A stretch of 64,000 nucleotides of DNA. Source: Raillietiella orientalis. Its lineage: Eukaryota. Made by a program: the position numbers and the translations under genes. The stretch covers positions 496,001 to 560,000 of the forward strand of contig JAYWIR010000039.1 in NCBI GenBank assembly GCA_036172245.1, in the 5' to 3' direction. This document shows, one piece after another, positions 35,701 to 50,700 of the stretch. The notes beneath the pieces were generated by a model. The model made no database searches. It was not told where the DNA came from and saw only the letters and a list, made by a program, of their open reading frames with translations. How positions within the stretch are numbered: the stretch's first letter is position 1; every line of letters begins with the position of its first letter.

Positions 35701-38700
35701 CCTCACCGTTTGACCTCAGGGATCCCAGCTGTCCGCATTCGAGGAGCGGGCAAATGGCGACGACCGTCCGCAGATCCCTCTGCATTCTGAAGGATGACTT
35801 TTAATGACGGGCGCCAACGGGGCAGCCGGCCTGCTTTCGCTTTTCGGCTCCGTCCTGCAGGTTTGGAACGCGTCCTTCCGCTTAGGTCTGGCTCCGAACG
35901 CTGCTGTTACCTGGGTGACGAACTCTGCGTCGGCTAGAGTCCACGGGCGACCGGGTTGCGAAGGTGCCCAAGAAAGAGCCGCCGAAGCGTGAAAGCGACC
36001 CCGTCATCGGACGATGGGGAGCGCGGGGACTCGAACGCGTCCATGGGGCCGCTGAAGGCGCCGGAACACCTGGTGCGCTCCTCCTCGCTGTCGAGCCAAC
36101 TGCGGCTTTACACCGCAGATTTGCCTGCGAGAGAACGCACACCCACACAGAAGTCCCTGGTCTTGGCGATCGGGGCTGCGAGCGACGCGTGCAACCTTGG
36201 AAGTGATAGAATAGGCGGTTCAAGCAAGTGTGCTCAAGCAAGAATCCACTTTAACGCCAAATCATGCAGGCAAGTGGTAGCAAATGAAGATGTACGAGGT
36301 TTCGCAACCCTCAGGAGCCAATCTGTTTCTCACGCTCCCCATTTCTGGGGGCGCGTCCCCGTTCTCGTGATCCCCCCGCACGGGGGATCTCCGAGGCAAA
36401 AGACCTCCCTTGAATTTCTGGTCATTTGCTCCTACAGGGAGGAGTCTGACGTCATCGCCACCACACCATCAGCGAATTCCTCGGGCTTGGAGCACCCGTA
36501 AGGGCGATGCCACGCACGCACAAATAGCACACGCACGCACGCACACACACGTATGTACACACCCGTGCGTGCGTGAGAAGGTAATACATACATACGTATG
36601 CGCGTACACATATTCATGCGTGCCAGTACCGTTACATAATACGATACGGAAAGACAGACCCGTAGGCATAACGGTACACAGCCACTCAAGACTGGCCCTC
36701 CTGACCGCCTCGCTACTCTTCGCGGGGAGGCCTGAATCCAAATGGGGCCGGTTGCAAGTGGCCCACCCTGTGTTTATAGGCTGCATTGTTGGGCGCCATG
36801 CTCTGACGTCACGCGGGGAAGTCGGACTTTTAGGCGGGCCGATTTGAAGCTGCTCGCCCCTGTATTGGAACGGCAGCTCGGCTAATCGACAGATCGTCAG
36901 GAAAATCGCCCGTCCAATGGAACGAAAAGATAAGTCCAAAGGGATCTCTTGCGGGTATTCACGAATGGGTCTTGCAGCTTCTTTCCGGCTTCCGCACCGT
37001 CAGACCGAAGCGACGGGACCGGGCGACACCCCAGTCAGCACCCGCGCTGAGAACGAGAGAGACGGTTGGCATGGTTTCCATACAAGCCTGTGAGAAAAAT
37101 CGAACACGGAGGAAGGAGCGAAGCCATGTCTACGAGGCGCCACCGGCGGAGCGTGAATGGATCTCTGGAAAACAGAAGCATCGCATGCGAGCGTACTCTG
37201 TTTTTTTTTTTGTTTTGTTTTTTTGTTTTTTTTTTTTGCGGTGACCACGATGGCCGCAGGAGCAGCGGCACACGCGGAGATGCGCATGCGGGATTTTTAT
37301 GGAGGCATTCGCGCGATGCGCTGTCCGAATCAACGAGATGACGGAGCAAAAAAACTGTTTGCTTAAAAAAGACATCCCATTGGTTTGGTCCAGCGGCATG
37401 GGGAAGAAAGGGGGGGGGAATAGAAAAAGCGAAGATCTACGCATCTTACACAGAGAAATCCGGAGAGCAGTTACTAAAAGATGCTTGGAGTATTTTCGGA
37501 TGATTCAGCGGAACGCCCGTCTAATTACAAAGCAAGAGTTCTTCCTGGAAGTCAAAGACTTTTTTTCCTTCGGGAGCAGAAAGGAAGCGCACAGATGGCG
37601 CAAGAGTAGAAAAATCACGAGGTGCCAGCAGCGGGCCCGGCACACGCAGCTGACGCGCGGCCCGCGTGAGGCGGGCCGATTTGAAGCTGCGCCGAACAGC
37701 CACCCCTCAGGAGGCACGCCGCCTGCCTGCCTCCCAGCAGCAGCAGCGGAAGTGAGAAAATAGGGAAACTGCCCCGCTCCCCCAAGCAATCGGCATCCCC
37801 GCGTGTGCTCGCTCGAAAGATGCCCGCTTTCTGCCACTACTGCGTCGCTCTGAGAGGAACGTCCACGGACAGCCTGCGCTTGGTGGGCGGGCCCCGAGCT
37901 CCCGCAGGACCACGGTCGCTCGGTCACTCCTGCAGGGTGCATTCCGCGCATCCACGAGCCGCGTGCGCTGCGACACATCGTGTACATTACATGAGCGCGA
38001 CGAGCGCTCGCGGAAGGATTCGTCCGCCGGCACGACCTAGCCTGGAACGCGCACATTCGCTCTGCTGACCTGGCTTCACGGTGGGGAGCAGACGATGCGG
38101 AGAACCGTGAGAAGGGGCAACACGCACCGCGGGCGCTGGCAAGGGGTCTCGGAGCGGCTCTGGCCGCGGGGACACCGCGATCCGAAAGCCAAGTGCGCTC
38201 GCTGGCGGCGAGGAGAGGGCATCACTGGAGTGCCGTCCGCCGGAGGGGGCGCGTTCTCAGAAAGAGTGGGCGATGCCAACGCCGACCGCGGCGCATCCCG
38301 AGCAACGCGGCCTCGGATCATAGGGGGGGTGCGAGGAACCACCTGACGACCCGCTTCTCCCTCTCATCTTCCTCCTCCTCGACCCCTCATCCGCGCCATC
38401 TTCTTCTCCCTCCTCCCCTCGTGGTTTTGCCTTGATTTTCATCATCGATGATGACCATGATGAAAATCAGGACATCATCGTCACCTCGTCATCATCATCG
38501 ATTACGATGACAAAATCGTCGTTATCTCGTCGGCGTCGGTATCAATCGTTGGTTCCATCCTCACGCATCCGAAGACAACGGGCGTTCCACGAAAACAAGG
38601 CGTATCCGGTAAAGCCAATGAGGAGAAAGACCTTGGGGTCGAGATGACCTCGACCTGCCCTCGGAACAGGTGGAAAGTTCGGCTTGCTGGGACGCCGGAG

Positions 38701-41700
38701 CCCAGACCGTCGGACTCGATGGGCGAAACCCATCGGGGTGTGGGCTCGCCCCAGAGAAGGTGCCGCTGGACGGCAGGGTCATGCGCGACGGTAAGCGGGC
38801 GCGGTCGAGCTTTTCTGCCTGAAGCCGCCGCTGCCTGTCCTGGTGGTGGCTGCGAGTGCTCCGGCGAGGCCTCAGAGTCTGGGGCGTGGAGGAGGACGCC
38901 AAGGGAACGGTCTCTGGGCGCGGACCAGCGATTCCGCATTCCCGAAGGTTGGGAGCGACTTCCGGAAACGCGGAATCTCCAGGCAAGTCTGCCTGCGCTC
39001 TTCCGCCCACTTTCCCCGATTGCGCCCCATCTTCCCCGTCGCCCTCCTCTCGATTCCAGGTTGCGCTCTCCTCACGACGCCTGGGGGCATCTCGTCCTGG
39101 TCCCGCCGGCTACGCGGAAGTATCTGCTGAAGATCGGCGCGGGATCTCCGGCACGGCTGGATACGAAAAGTGGCGCGAACGGGAGCGGGACCGGTATGGG
39201 AGGCATGGCTGCGTGGGTGACATCCGCGCGCGGTGCTTGGTCGGCCAAGCGCCGGCGCCGCTGCAGTGCAAGGGGCGTCAGCTAACGGAGAGCTCCGGGG
39301 ATACTGCGGCGTCGGCGGCGCCCAGCCGGGAGAGCACCGGGAGCAGCGCGTGAGTTGGCGCGCATGGAGGACCACGGAATTGTCTTGAGTCTCCGGGACG
39401 GGACTCGAAGAATCGGTCCACGATGGTTTGTTTATCCGCATCCGTATTGGGAAACTTGGCGGGATCCACATTCCGGTCTGGAGTGCACACAGATGCGGGA
39501 AAGGGAAACCCGGGAATACCCTTTCGCGCCCGCCGACCGTCGCGGTCCTGGGCCTCCTCCTCGCCGAGATCCGTGGGAAAGCCGCCGTCCGGTGGTCGTC
39601 CGGTGGCTGGGGACGGTGGATGGCCTGAGCGGCGTCCGCCTCCGGTGGACGGTTGCTTCGGCTGGCGACTAGCCCGCCGCATCCGTCGTTGGAGGATTCC
39701 GCCTCGTGCGGCCGCAGTCCTGCTGCTGCCGCGTTCCAACAAACGGCACGTTCCCTGCGATCTGAGGCCGCGTTGCACGAGACGCGCCGCAGTCCGACTT
39801 TGGCTTCATCCACCCTTCCAGGAACAAGGGAGAGCAAACGGGATTCGACAGGGATTCCAACCGGACAGGGGGAGCGCAACAGATGTGCAGGCGACCTGGC
39901 CCCCAGCGATGTTAGTAACGATTGCTGTGACGCCCCGCAGGACGAGAACAGGACATCCGGATTCGGGACGGAGAGCGGGCGAGCGTGGGGATGAAGTGTA
40001 AACTGAGAGCCGAACGTTCCAGAGGCTAAACGTAGCAGGAGGGGTTGTTGGCGGAAATCCGAGAAAAAAATCTAGGATACGAGAGAACGCTCCAGGAGGG
40101 CTCACCCGGAGCGAGGGAAGAGGCGGTCCTAATATTCCGGAGGACGTCGTCCGGAAAGGCTCCTGCAAAAGGAGCAAGCGCGCGCCCCGCACAGCATGCG
40201 AGGCGGCAGAGCCAGCTGCAGCTTCGGGAGGACTTCGGAACTTGGCGTTGCTTCGCGTGCAACGGGGTCGGCGGGGGGCACCGGCTTCTTCATGGGAGTA
40301 GAGGAGAGCAAGTGCACGAGAGCCGATTCCGAGGTCAACAGGGCACTGAGCCCAGGAGCGCCCTGGCAGTGCCCAGGGGCGCATGAGCGCCGAGGACGGG
40401 CTGGGCTTTGGCGGGGCACGCTTTTCGAGCACAGGCGGACCACCACGTTCTTGTTCGGGTAACGAGCAGCGCAGCACGAAGCGGCACGACCACGACCAAA
40501 CCGCCTCCAGAATCTGCGAAGGTGATCTCGCCAAGAAAAAAGACGACGGTGAGATGAGATTCATGATCCATCATCAACAACACTACAGAGGTCTGCCTTC
40601 TCCAGATTCGCGGCAAGTGGGTCACCTGGACCTCTTCGGCAGCACGAAGCGCTTCCTTTCGAATCCCATCCTACCCGGACTTTCCCCTTCTTCAAGTCGG
40701 TGGCGCATTCCAGCAGCAGCCTTTCCGAAGAAGGAACGCGCGCTGATCGCCCTGCGGATGAGCACACACTCGTCGCCCAGCAGCTCGAAGAACGCTGAAG
40801 AGCAGCGAGCAGATGTTGGGGGAAAACGTGCGCGCAACTCGCTCGCGGGCCATCACTCTCACAAAAAATCGCCTCCAAGCTTGTGGGAAGCTCTCCCGAG
40901 CGCTGAAGGATACGGGGAGAGAGCGATGGAGCAGGCATAGGAAATGCGGCAGAGTACAGAGGGCTTTCGTGGCGCCGGGAGAGGAGTCGGACTTTTAGCC
41001 AAAGGCCGTGGACAGTTCATGACGGTCGGAACCTCGAGACGACGAAAAGCAGGTGAAGGGTTAAAGGAAGCAGAGTTGAATCAAGAATCAGATCCATGTC
41101 ACGCATAAAAGGAGCCTCGTGCGAGTTCCCGAGTGAACGACTGATGCGAGGTAAAAAGTCACCGTTGACAGATTTACGAGAAGCGACGCTCGCTCCTCCT
41201 GAAATAAAATTTAGGAGGAAAGACCGTGAGGGGAAAGTGGAATTCTGTCCAGCTGGCACCCTTTGGGCAACTCAACAAGCCCGGGACATACCAGAGTCGC
41301 ACGCACAAAGGAGGAGGCTCAATGAAAGAACAAGGAAGCCCCCCAAGTCTACTCACAATCAGCTTGTGGCCGAATGGCTGTACCCGCTGGCTCCTAAGTT
41401 TCAGCTTGATCTTCTCCTGAAACGCAGGACCAGCATATTCCAGCACGAGTATCAGCCTCCCGCTGTACACGCTGTTGTCAATCAGTGGCTTCACGAAGAT
41501 GCTCAGTACGGGCTTAGATCCACGCAGAGACTAAAATGAAAACGGTGGCTGAGCGCATGGGGATTTCTGCAGGGTAGATCGAAGAGAGTTTTTGCTGCGG
41601 AGCACCAGGAACCAATGAGAGATAACGAGAGTTTTCTGGAGCATCGTCAAGGGTTCCTGCTGCACTTCACCGTGAGCTCCGGAAAGGGGGCATTCGCGAT

Positions 41701-44700
41701 GTCCGAATGATCGCGCTGCCCTTGGATCCCAGGGTAGGCGAATAACGGCACGGAAATCCTCCCAAAGCCTCGCTCAGTTCCAATAAATGCATTTGGTGCA
41801 TTTGGTGAACGGGACGGGACGTTAGAGAAGCAACTTTATCCCTTGTCTCCTAACGCGCACTGACATGCTCCTCTAGGAAGCGCTCTTCTATCAACAAGGG
41901 ATCACTTCTTCCAGCAGCAGTGTAGCGCTCTTTCGCTACAGTTGCCAAAACAGAGCAATCGATTTCCACGTTTCCTTCCATTCACCGCTCGATCGGCTGA
42001 GCCTAATGTATCAATCACAGCGCAAGAGCTCCGTACGGAATTCGTCCAATGTCTCTGGCCAAGAAACCGAATCCTCCTGCTGCCGTGGGACTGAACCGTC
42101 CCTCCGACACGTTTATCCGCGAGCACGTTGACACCTCATCTACGCATTTGAAATGCCGGAACACGTCGTTCCTGCGTCCAAGGACCTTGGCACGTTTTTG
42201 TCATCGCACATTAGCGATGCCGCACATCGCACCAAGCAACGGAACTGCACAGCAATGCCACACGTTTTTTTTTTTTTTTTCATCCCCCCCCCTGCCCCGA
42301 GGACGAAGCGGGTGATCTACTTCCCGTAACTTCCGGCTTACCCGTCGGCAGGCCTCCGTCGAGATCTTGCAACTTTTTCGGGAGGGCATCTTCACGTTCG
42401 GATGAACAGATAGAGCCCGCAGAGGACCGCTCTTCAATTAGCTTAACAGATCTGTATGAGTAATCCGGTTTTTGTACTCTTCTGGCAAATCTTCTCCCGT
42501 GGAGCAGACGCGGTTCGGTTCCTTAGGGCTTGGCGCGATCCCATGTGCCCCTTCTTTCAAGGGAGCCGCAGACAATGGCCCACGTTTCCTTTCGAATTGA
42601 GAGGAGGCTCATTGGCCCTGATTGTGCAAGTCACTCGCAGATGAAAAGCGGAAATCACTGAGACTACGATCGCAGCAGCTTCGTAGATGGTCCATTACGC
42701 GAAGCGTGGATTCCTTCACGTCTGCATGCGCAACACGTGAGCGCGCGGACGAGTTTGCTTGTCGCGAGGTAACGGCTGGAGCAGCGGGGAAAAGTAGTCA
42801 AAGGAGAAGACATGCCGGGGTGGGGGGGTGGAACCCCTGCAGGTTGAAGGAGTCTGGGATGCGGCTGCTAGCAAGGCACCCGACCGATGCCAGGTGATAC
42901 CTACGCACATGATCATCCAAACTGGGGGGCCAGCAACGTCGGGTCAACCGTTTCCTTCAGAAACGCCCCCAAAAAGCAGGCGACTTGCCAGCAAATAGGA
43001 AGGCAAAGCTATCACCGGAGCACACAGGGAAACGAACAACTTCAAAGAGCGGGATGAAGTGGGGGCGGGAGGGGGTAATAACGATTGCGCGAAATTGACT
43101 TCTTGCCTGCTGCGACGGCGATGGGAGGTTCGATTCTCACGATCCGCGCTCTCCGCATGTGCAGATGGAACGCACGAGTTCAAACAAGCAACCAGACAGG
43201 TGAAGACGACGAACCATGACAACAGCTATCATTGAAGTGGAAGAACGAACGGAAAGTGTTACAGATCCGCAGTTTCGCACAGCCGGAGAACGAAGTCCAG
43301 CTCAACCTCGGAATGCCAAGCAAGGTGGACCAACCTGAGCAGGGAGTGAGGCGAGCGGAACTTATCTTCAGCACCTCCCGAGGGCCGTGTCCGACCTTTC
43401 CCAGACGAGCATGCCTCGATAGCCGAGCAGAGCATGCGCGCTGAACAGCATGTCCCGGGTGGAAGGCACCGCGCAAAGAGCTGCTGATGGCTGAGGGAAC
43501 TCCTCGTTCGCAGAATGGCCGCAGAGGGACCGTCGGTGCAACGGTCCCTCTCGGGTTCGAGGGAGGGCAGCTGCTCGGCGCGGACGACGACGACGACGGA
43601 AGGCAGGGAACACGCCGGACTCGCCTCGATTTGGGGCGATCGGGAACGCCCGGTCTTTCCTGCGCTTCCAAACGGTCGCGGGAGCGCCTCCAGAGCCAAA
43701 GAGCCTGTGCTCCGCCCACAAGGTCTCTCTGACTCTCGATCGAACCCACCACGTCCGTGTTTCATCGACGGGCTTCGGGAGGCAGCAGGAAGCCAGGCAG
43801 GGCAACGTGGTTGGCAGCTGGTTCACCTACGTGCATTCTTCCTCGGGAACCCTGCCTATCCCAGATACTTCACTTGAGCAAGGAAAAAGATCTGGCAACG
43901 CACGATCTTCCAGCTCAAAGAATTGAAAATTTCGGGGAAGTTGGAACGTAACAAGCACGAAAGGACTGTGAAACCACAAACGCCGGTGACCTATTATGCG
44001 CCCGTGGGAGGGGATGGGAGGGGGGAGGGAGGGGAGGCAAAATTCGACGGAAGTTTGCGAGTCGATAGCAGAAGGAAGGAAGAGGGAATTCGAGGCGTTT
44101 CGCGAGGCTTCTCCGTTTCCTTCCGCGAAAGCGACTCCCAGTCGTTGAATCGCTCGCTGGAGTACCGGACAATTAACAGAAATGACGTCACAAAGATAGC
44201 GATGCTGCCCCTCATTGGTCGACTGAAAGCTCAAGGAAAACAACAACAAAAAAAAACTTAGGAATACCAGATACAGGGGTGCCAACACACACACACACAC
44301 ACATTCATATTTGTTAATAATATGGGCGGAAGATACGCAAGCGTAGTGTCTTTTCATCTGGAATACAGACAATGGGGAGCCGAGCAGTTGCAGTTCGGCA
44401 GATGGCAAAGTTGCAGAGGCAATCGAACAGGCAGGGCGGCGAGCCGGAATGAGCGATCTGCGAGAGGAAGCTGTGGAAACCGAGCGCCAGGGGACGAAGC
44501 CGAAAGCCACCTCGTTGGAGACAGGGGTTGAATAGAATGACCCCAACGTTCCGAAAGAGCACGTGCCAATCACCCCTCGGCAGACCCGAATTTCGTCGGA
44601 CTTGCCGGCGGTGGCACATGCTGCAACGCCGCCGACCACCACGTGAACCCGACTATGGCACACCGACGCGGCCGAAAAGGAAACAACAACCAGCACCACT

Positions 44701-47700
44701 ACCACCACGGGTGCAGGTGCTCTTCCGGTGCGACTAGCCGGGAGCGCGCGCGGCACGGCTGCACATCCCGTGTCACGCGGAAGCAGAAAACCGCCGTGTC
44801 CCATCCGCCCTCGTGGGCCACTCACCCGCCAAAGGCCGCGTCATCCGCCGGTGCGTTTAACACGGACGGAAGCCCAGAGCTAACGACGCCGGGGGAGAAA
44901 CAGGGCAAAAACCCCGTTCCGTGGCGACGGGAGTGCGCGCGAGTGCCCTTCGCGTCGGAGCGCTGCTGCTGGGGAGGAAGCTGGAAAATCTCCAGGATCA
45001 GTTCCTCCGTCGAAGAGCAGCCTTCCTCCTCCCCCGGACGAAAGCGAGAAAGCGGGATGCTGCGCTTCCCCGGACGTCGAAGGCCCCTTCCACTTCGGAC
45101 CAGCTGCGTAAACGCGCGTTACCGCCACCGCGTCACGCCGGAGGTGCAACCGCGCGCCTAGTCACCATCCCGACCATCGCAAGGCGCGCGACCCAAGCGT
45201 GCTGGGACTGCCCGCGGCATCCCCCTGTCTCCCAGGAAACCGGCGCGAACGGAGACCGCGTCCCGCGAGGCTCCTTGGATGGTGGAAGGGGGAGCTCCCG
45301 CAAGCCTCACCAGAGGTCCAACCGCATTTCTCCCCGCGCCCTCTTCGAGCTCATCGGACAATTTTTTTTTTTTAATCCACAACCGCTCCCGGCAAGACTG
45401 CTGCTCTGGATTTCCCTCCCCGGGCGCACGTGCGCGTCTCCCGTGAGGAAACGCCCCCGCAAGTTTCCCGAGATCGACGCAAACCTCCGAGCGTGATGCA
45501 CGTGCGGGTGTTTCCCTCGATACGAGGTCACTTCCGAGATCGCCTTCTCCGGAGCCTCCCTGAAAGTGCCTGCTGCTGCAACCGACGTCGTCCACCTCCG
45601 GGCGAGGAGGGCGCGCGGATCCTCTTTCTCCGTCCCTCGGCGAGCTGGAATCGCCCCGGGCATGAGGAGCCGGGGTTAAGGTGGTGTCACGACCGCCTCT
45701 GCTTCTCTTTCCGGCGGTAGGGTTCGCAGGGCCGGTTCTTCGCGACCCGGATGTGCCGTTTCCGGGCTGGGGCATGGCTGAGAGAGTGCAAGGACTCCTT
45801 CCGCCTTTCCTTCTTCCTCCTCCTCCCCCTCCAGAAATGGCCACCAACCTCCCAGCGGTGATCGTTCACATCAGAGATCGACGCTGCGACCCCTTTTTGA
45901 TTGCCGTCTCAGAAGATTTACCGGCTCTCGTTCTTCGGCGGGTGCTGCTCGTCGCCGGTGCACTGCTGCCCACCAAGCCGCTTCAGTGGCGACCTTTGTT
46001 TTGTTTGTCGAAAACCCCGATGGCCTGCACAAATAACACGCCCGCCGCCAAATTACATCAGCGGCCTCCGGGTCACGTGTTCTTCGGCAGGACGGCAGGG
46101 GAGAGAGAGAGGGGGGGGGGGTGAGGCAAACAAACAAAAAGAAGAGAAGGCCATGCGCTGCTGCCACCGACTCCTCACGCGGCGGCGGCGGCGGCGGAAT
46201 CGCGAAGAGACCGCCGCCGCCGAACCTGGAGGAAGGATGAGGCGCCGGTTCATCGACAGAGGCGGAACGAATTTCGCGGAAGCTACGGGGGAGCCGGCGC
46301 GCGGGACCTGAAAAAAGGGAAGCGGGAGCAGAGGACTCGATCTTCGGCGAGATGTGCGAGGCGAGTCGTGCGCGCGCCGCGTCAAGGCCAGCGGGTGCAA
46401 AGGCGCTCCTTCTCTGTCCTCCTGCATCCCCCGCCCGCGCTGCAAGCTCGGGGTCTCGCGAGCGAGACCCCAGCGCACGCCATCACCGCCACCACCACCC
46501 GGGGGGGGGGGGGAGGGAAGCGCGTGGAACCGTTCGGCAACGGACGCGACGAGCGCGCAGTCACGCGCGCGTTTCTCCAGGAGAGCGTTCCACGCATGCG
46601 GCGTTGGCGCCACCGGAACGCGCTCGCACGACGCGGTGCTCGCGCCACTTCCCAGGGGCTTCAGCTCGAAGAGCCCAAGAACCACGAGAGGGGCGCGCGG
46701 ACCGGCGACCAACGGACCCCGCGCCCCCAAAAGGGAGCGTTCATCGATTCGAGCGACGACGCATCTCGGGAATTTTTCGCACGTTGCCGGAAATCCGCGC
46801 CATCAGCCGAATGTCCTTGGGATCCGCGTAGCATTTTATTCGGATTCTCTGATACTCACAGATGTTTCCTCCTCCCCAAGACGCCGCAGCAGCCCCCACC
46901 ATTACCATACCAATGGCAGAGCATTTCTTCTGTTTTTTTTTGTTTTGATCGAAAAGCACTTCTTCGCTGGCGCTTCTTGTCGTTGTTGTTGTTTTGTTGT
47001 TGCTTCTTCTTTTTTAATTTACGGCATGCAGCAAGAGATTGTGTGTCACGTGCTGCACACTGCAAGCCACTGGCAGAAGTCGTGCTTGATCGATCGATTC
47101 ACGGAGCACGAAGTTTCGGAATCTGGGAAGCCCAGCGGCACGCGGCGGCGGCGCGGCTACCCGCAAGGCTCCCTTGCGCGAGATGCTGGGTTGCCAAGGT
47201 AGCGGACTACCCCTCCCGTCCGTCTTTCCCACTGGCCTTCCGTACCCGCTCGGAAAGGCGAGCAGGAGACTCCTCGACACGACCTGAACCCCCCCCCCCC
47301 TTCCCGTGCGTGCACGTTCGAGAGTTCGCGCGAGGCCAGAGAGAGCCGGAAGGGGGACCGTCGCGGGAAGAAGGACGGAAACATCATCAGCTGGCTGATG
47401 GAGGCGAAAAGCGCGCCTCGCGGAAAGACGGGTGGGCGGTGGAGGAACTTTCTGGAACGCGCTCCACCTATCTGCCGACGAGGCTCGGAGTCACTCCATC
47501 ACGTTGCTACCGGCAACCGGGGGGCTTTTCGTTTTCTTCGCCAAACATCGTGTGCGCCCTTTACCGACGCGCTGTTAGCTCCGGTGACATCCGATCCGCG
47601 CCCGACGCTTTCGGCAGGCAGGGGCTGAGGCGCGTACGTCATACCCCGGACAACTCGGCTACGTCAGCGACGAGCGGTCCAGCCTTTCTTTTCCACCCTC

Positions 47701-50700
47701 CACCGCCTCTCGCCTTTCTGCCGGAGCAGAGGAGGCTCCAGCTGTCCCGAAGATGGCCGCTTCTCATCTTCGGGCGGCAGGACAAAGTTTTTTCCAACTT
47801 GTCCGGCGGCGCGCTGAAGAGCGGTGAGGAGGCACTGCGTCGTCTCCCCCTACCGGACCCCCCGTTCCGGGGAACGTGGGGAGAGGGGAGGAGAGGGAGA
47901 GAACGCGAGGAGAGGCGGGAAAACGAACAGGAGGTGGGCGATCTTTGCAGCCCCTCGAAGGGAACGCGAACCCCGCCTGGCTTCCTCCGCGCAGGAAGGA
48001 AGTCCCTGAGACCCGCACAGAAGTGGAAGAGCACCATTGCTCCTCCGTGCTTCCCGAGCCTGGGACTATGAAGGGAGTGCGTCCCGAGGAGGGATGCTCG
48101 TCTGCATTCCTCTCTCCGCTCTCGAAGACGGTAAGAGTGCGGCTTCCCGTTCGCCCCCGCCGCGCGCCCGCCTCCCCTTCCTCCCTCTGCGGCTTTACCG
48201 ATCCCGTATCTCCCCTACCGCCAGGATCGCATTTGCATGAAAGTTCGATTGAAACGGGAACGGAGACGGGGCGCATGCCTCTCTGTTGTACGCTGGGAGA
48301 CTTCCGGGACTGTGGACCATGCATCGCTGCATCCGAAAACGGGCGAGGGAGCCACGCGATCTTCGCTCGTGAAGCAGCCGCGGGCGAAGTCGCAGCTCTG
48401 GGCGCGCCCGTGGGAACCTCAGAAAAAGATCTGCTCAAAGTGCGGGCGCTGCGTACGTGCCCCCGGGACACCGCTCCGGCAAATCTCTCCGCCTCGGAGC
48501 GCAGCACTCCCTGTTTTTCCGGGAACGGCGGCGCGACTTTCCGGCCGCGAGGGGGCGCAGCAGCGAAGTCACGGACCAATCCGGGGCAACCTTTCCGATC
48601 TTCCTCCCGTTGTCGGGGGCAGCAGAGCTTTCCGCTTCCTTCGAGGCGCTTCGGGAATCGCTGCTCCCGGAAAGGACCGCCGCTCAACGTGGACCGCGGA
48701 AGCGCGCGCGGAAACGAGGCCTGTGCGAACCTGCCAGCCGCCACTTCGCCACCAAGCAAGTGGCCGGTTCCCTGCTCATGCCTCGGGGGAGGTCAAGGTC
48801 AAGAAGACGCTGCTGCACGGCGTTCTGGAGTGGAGCGGATGCCCCCGCGCCCACGGTGCGTCTCCTCCCCTCCGCCTTCCCACGACGCCTGCTTGCAGGA
48901 GGCGCACTGAAAGGGGACGATCGGTGGCTCAGTGTTCATGCGTTGACGCAACCATTCCCACCCCCTGCGATGGGCGCCACACCTGCGCGGATCCACGTCC
49001 TCTCAGCTATGAGAAAACCCCACCATCGGTCTCCTGGGCACTCCCCCATCATCGTATCCCCATTCCCTCATGAAAACCAGTAGCCACCTTCGGCCCACCC
49101 GCCTATGTCACCAGCTGTCCCACGGCGACCACCAAGGCGGCGGCTTTCCGCTTGTCGGTGAAAGGGAAGAACGAAGAGGCTGTCTGCCTCCCGTCCGCCG
49201 GAAGGAGAGGCCGACCGTTCCCACTGTCCGCGGGGACGGTTTCCGACGTGACCTGAGGAGACGACACGTCGGTCTTGAGGGCGCGTCGCCCGTTCGCACG
49301 CTCCCGCGACCTGATGCTCTCCACAGCAAACGACGAGCAGGGGACGTCCGATCCTTCCGGCTGCACCGCGGTTCCCCTACAGTCTCTCCCAGGCCCCACG
49401 GAGCTGCTGCAAGGCGCTGATCGGGCACGCGCAAGCCCGGAGCGGTTCCAGAAGCGGACGCACATGTGCAGGGCTGATCCGCGGTCGCAGCGCGACAGGG
49501 AGGGATGCCGGAAAGGGGGCAACGGGGAGGAGGACGAGCCTCCCGAGGGTTCAAGGAAGGTGGGGGGAAAGAGGAGAGGGCAGTTCAAGGAGCGGGGAGA
49601 ACCCGCAATGGGAGACGGGAGAAGCGCAGTCGGGAGAGCGGGGGCGACCGCTGCTGTTGAGCACCCGTGATCTGCACACAGAGCGCCCGTGGCGCGGGAT
49701 TTCTGGCGAGCACGGGAGCCATTTCGCCGCCCGCACCTTCGGCAGGATAGCGGGGGGCTCAAGGGGTCACCACCAGGAAAGGGGACGCGTGGCAACCCTG
49801 CTGGCCCCAAAGGGTGCCGACCGGAAGCGACGAGCTCGCCAACGGAAGGGCGGTCCGGACATTGGAAAGCCCCCTACCAGGCGCGATGGGAGGGTCCCGC
49901 CGGGACTGAGGCATCGCCTACGCGGGAGAGGTCATCGTGTAGGAAGTGGAGAGTAAGGAGGTTCGGCAGGGTGACCCCTTCCGCCGAGACACAATCTGCA
50001 CTTCATCCGGGGCTTTACCGAGCGCGTCTGGCAACCCGCCCTGCAGGGAGACGATGCGCGTTCTGCTACGCGGTGAGTCACCACTTCCGGCACGATCGCC
50101 CCTCTCCCAAAGCATGAGAGGAGGGGGTGCGGGCGCAACGGGCCGCGCCCCGCTGCTGACCCCGCCGCGATCCCGCGGGGGTCAACGACTTCCCAGGGGC
50201 CAGCGGGTGCGATAGATTGCCTGACGATCAGCGTAACGAAATCAATAAATATCTGGCGATTCTCGAAAATGACTCCGGATGGTCCAAGGAATCATCTTTT
50301 CCCCCTCCATTCCCTGGGGAGGTTCTTCCCCACAGCCTGCGTGGCATGCCCAACCCTGCCGCAGGCGAATAACTCCAAAGACCCGGACCCAACCGTGTAG
50401 AAGTGCAAAGGGGAAGAGCTCTGTCGCAGCGAAACGGCAGCTTTTTTCAGCCTGAAGCAGCCGGATGTGGCCCCGGCAGCGAAGGATGCGATCCTTCAGC
50501 CGGGCACGCTGGGATCCTCGGCGTCCCGGAAGGGCGGGTACGTAGCGTTCTGGACGACGCATGGTGCGCAGAGCCACCGGTTGGTTTCGGCGGCCGGAGG
50601 CGACCCGGAGCGACGCGTTCGCCACCCTGCCTCTTCCTCTTCCCTGCCCTCCATACCGCGTTTCGCCTCTACCCACTTGGAACAATACAGCAGCGGGGAA

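Noticed and set aside
40530..40700. Gypsy RT-like phrase KKKDDGEMRF..LDLFGSTKRF
   Set aside because: Isolated short resemblance with no downstream YxDD motif or LTRs found.
46368..48910. Long ORFs (567, 344, 331 aa)
   Set aside because: Arg/Pro/Gly/Ser-rich, overlapping on both strands, crossing homopolymer runs, with no recognisable domain; expected in GC-rich intronic DNA.
49860..49905. KAPYQARWEGP, like the Gypsy integrase GPY/F module
   Set aside because: Single short motif with no integrase core nearby.
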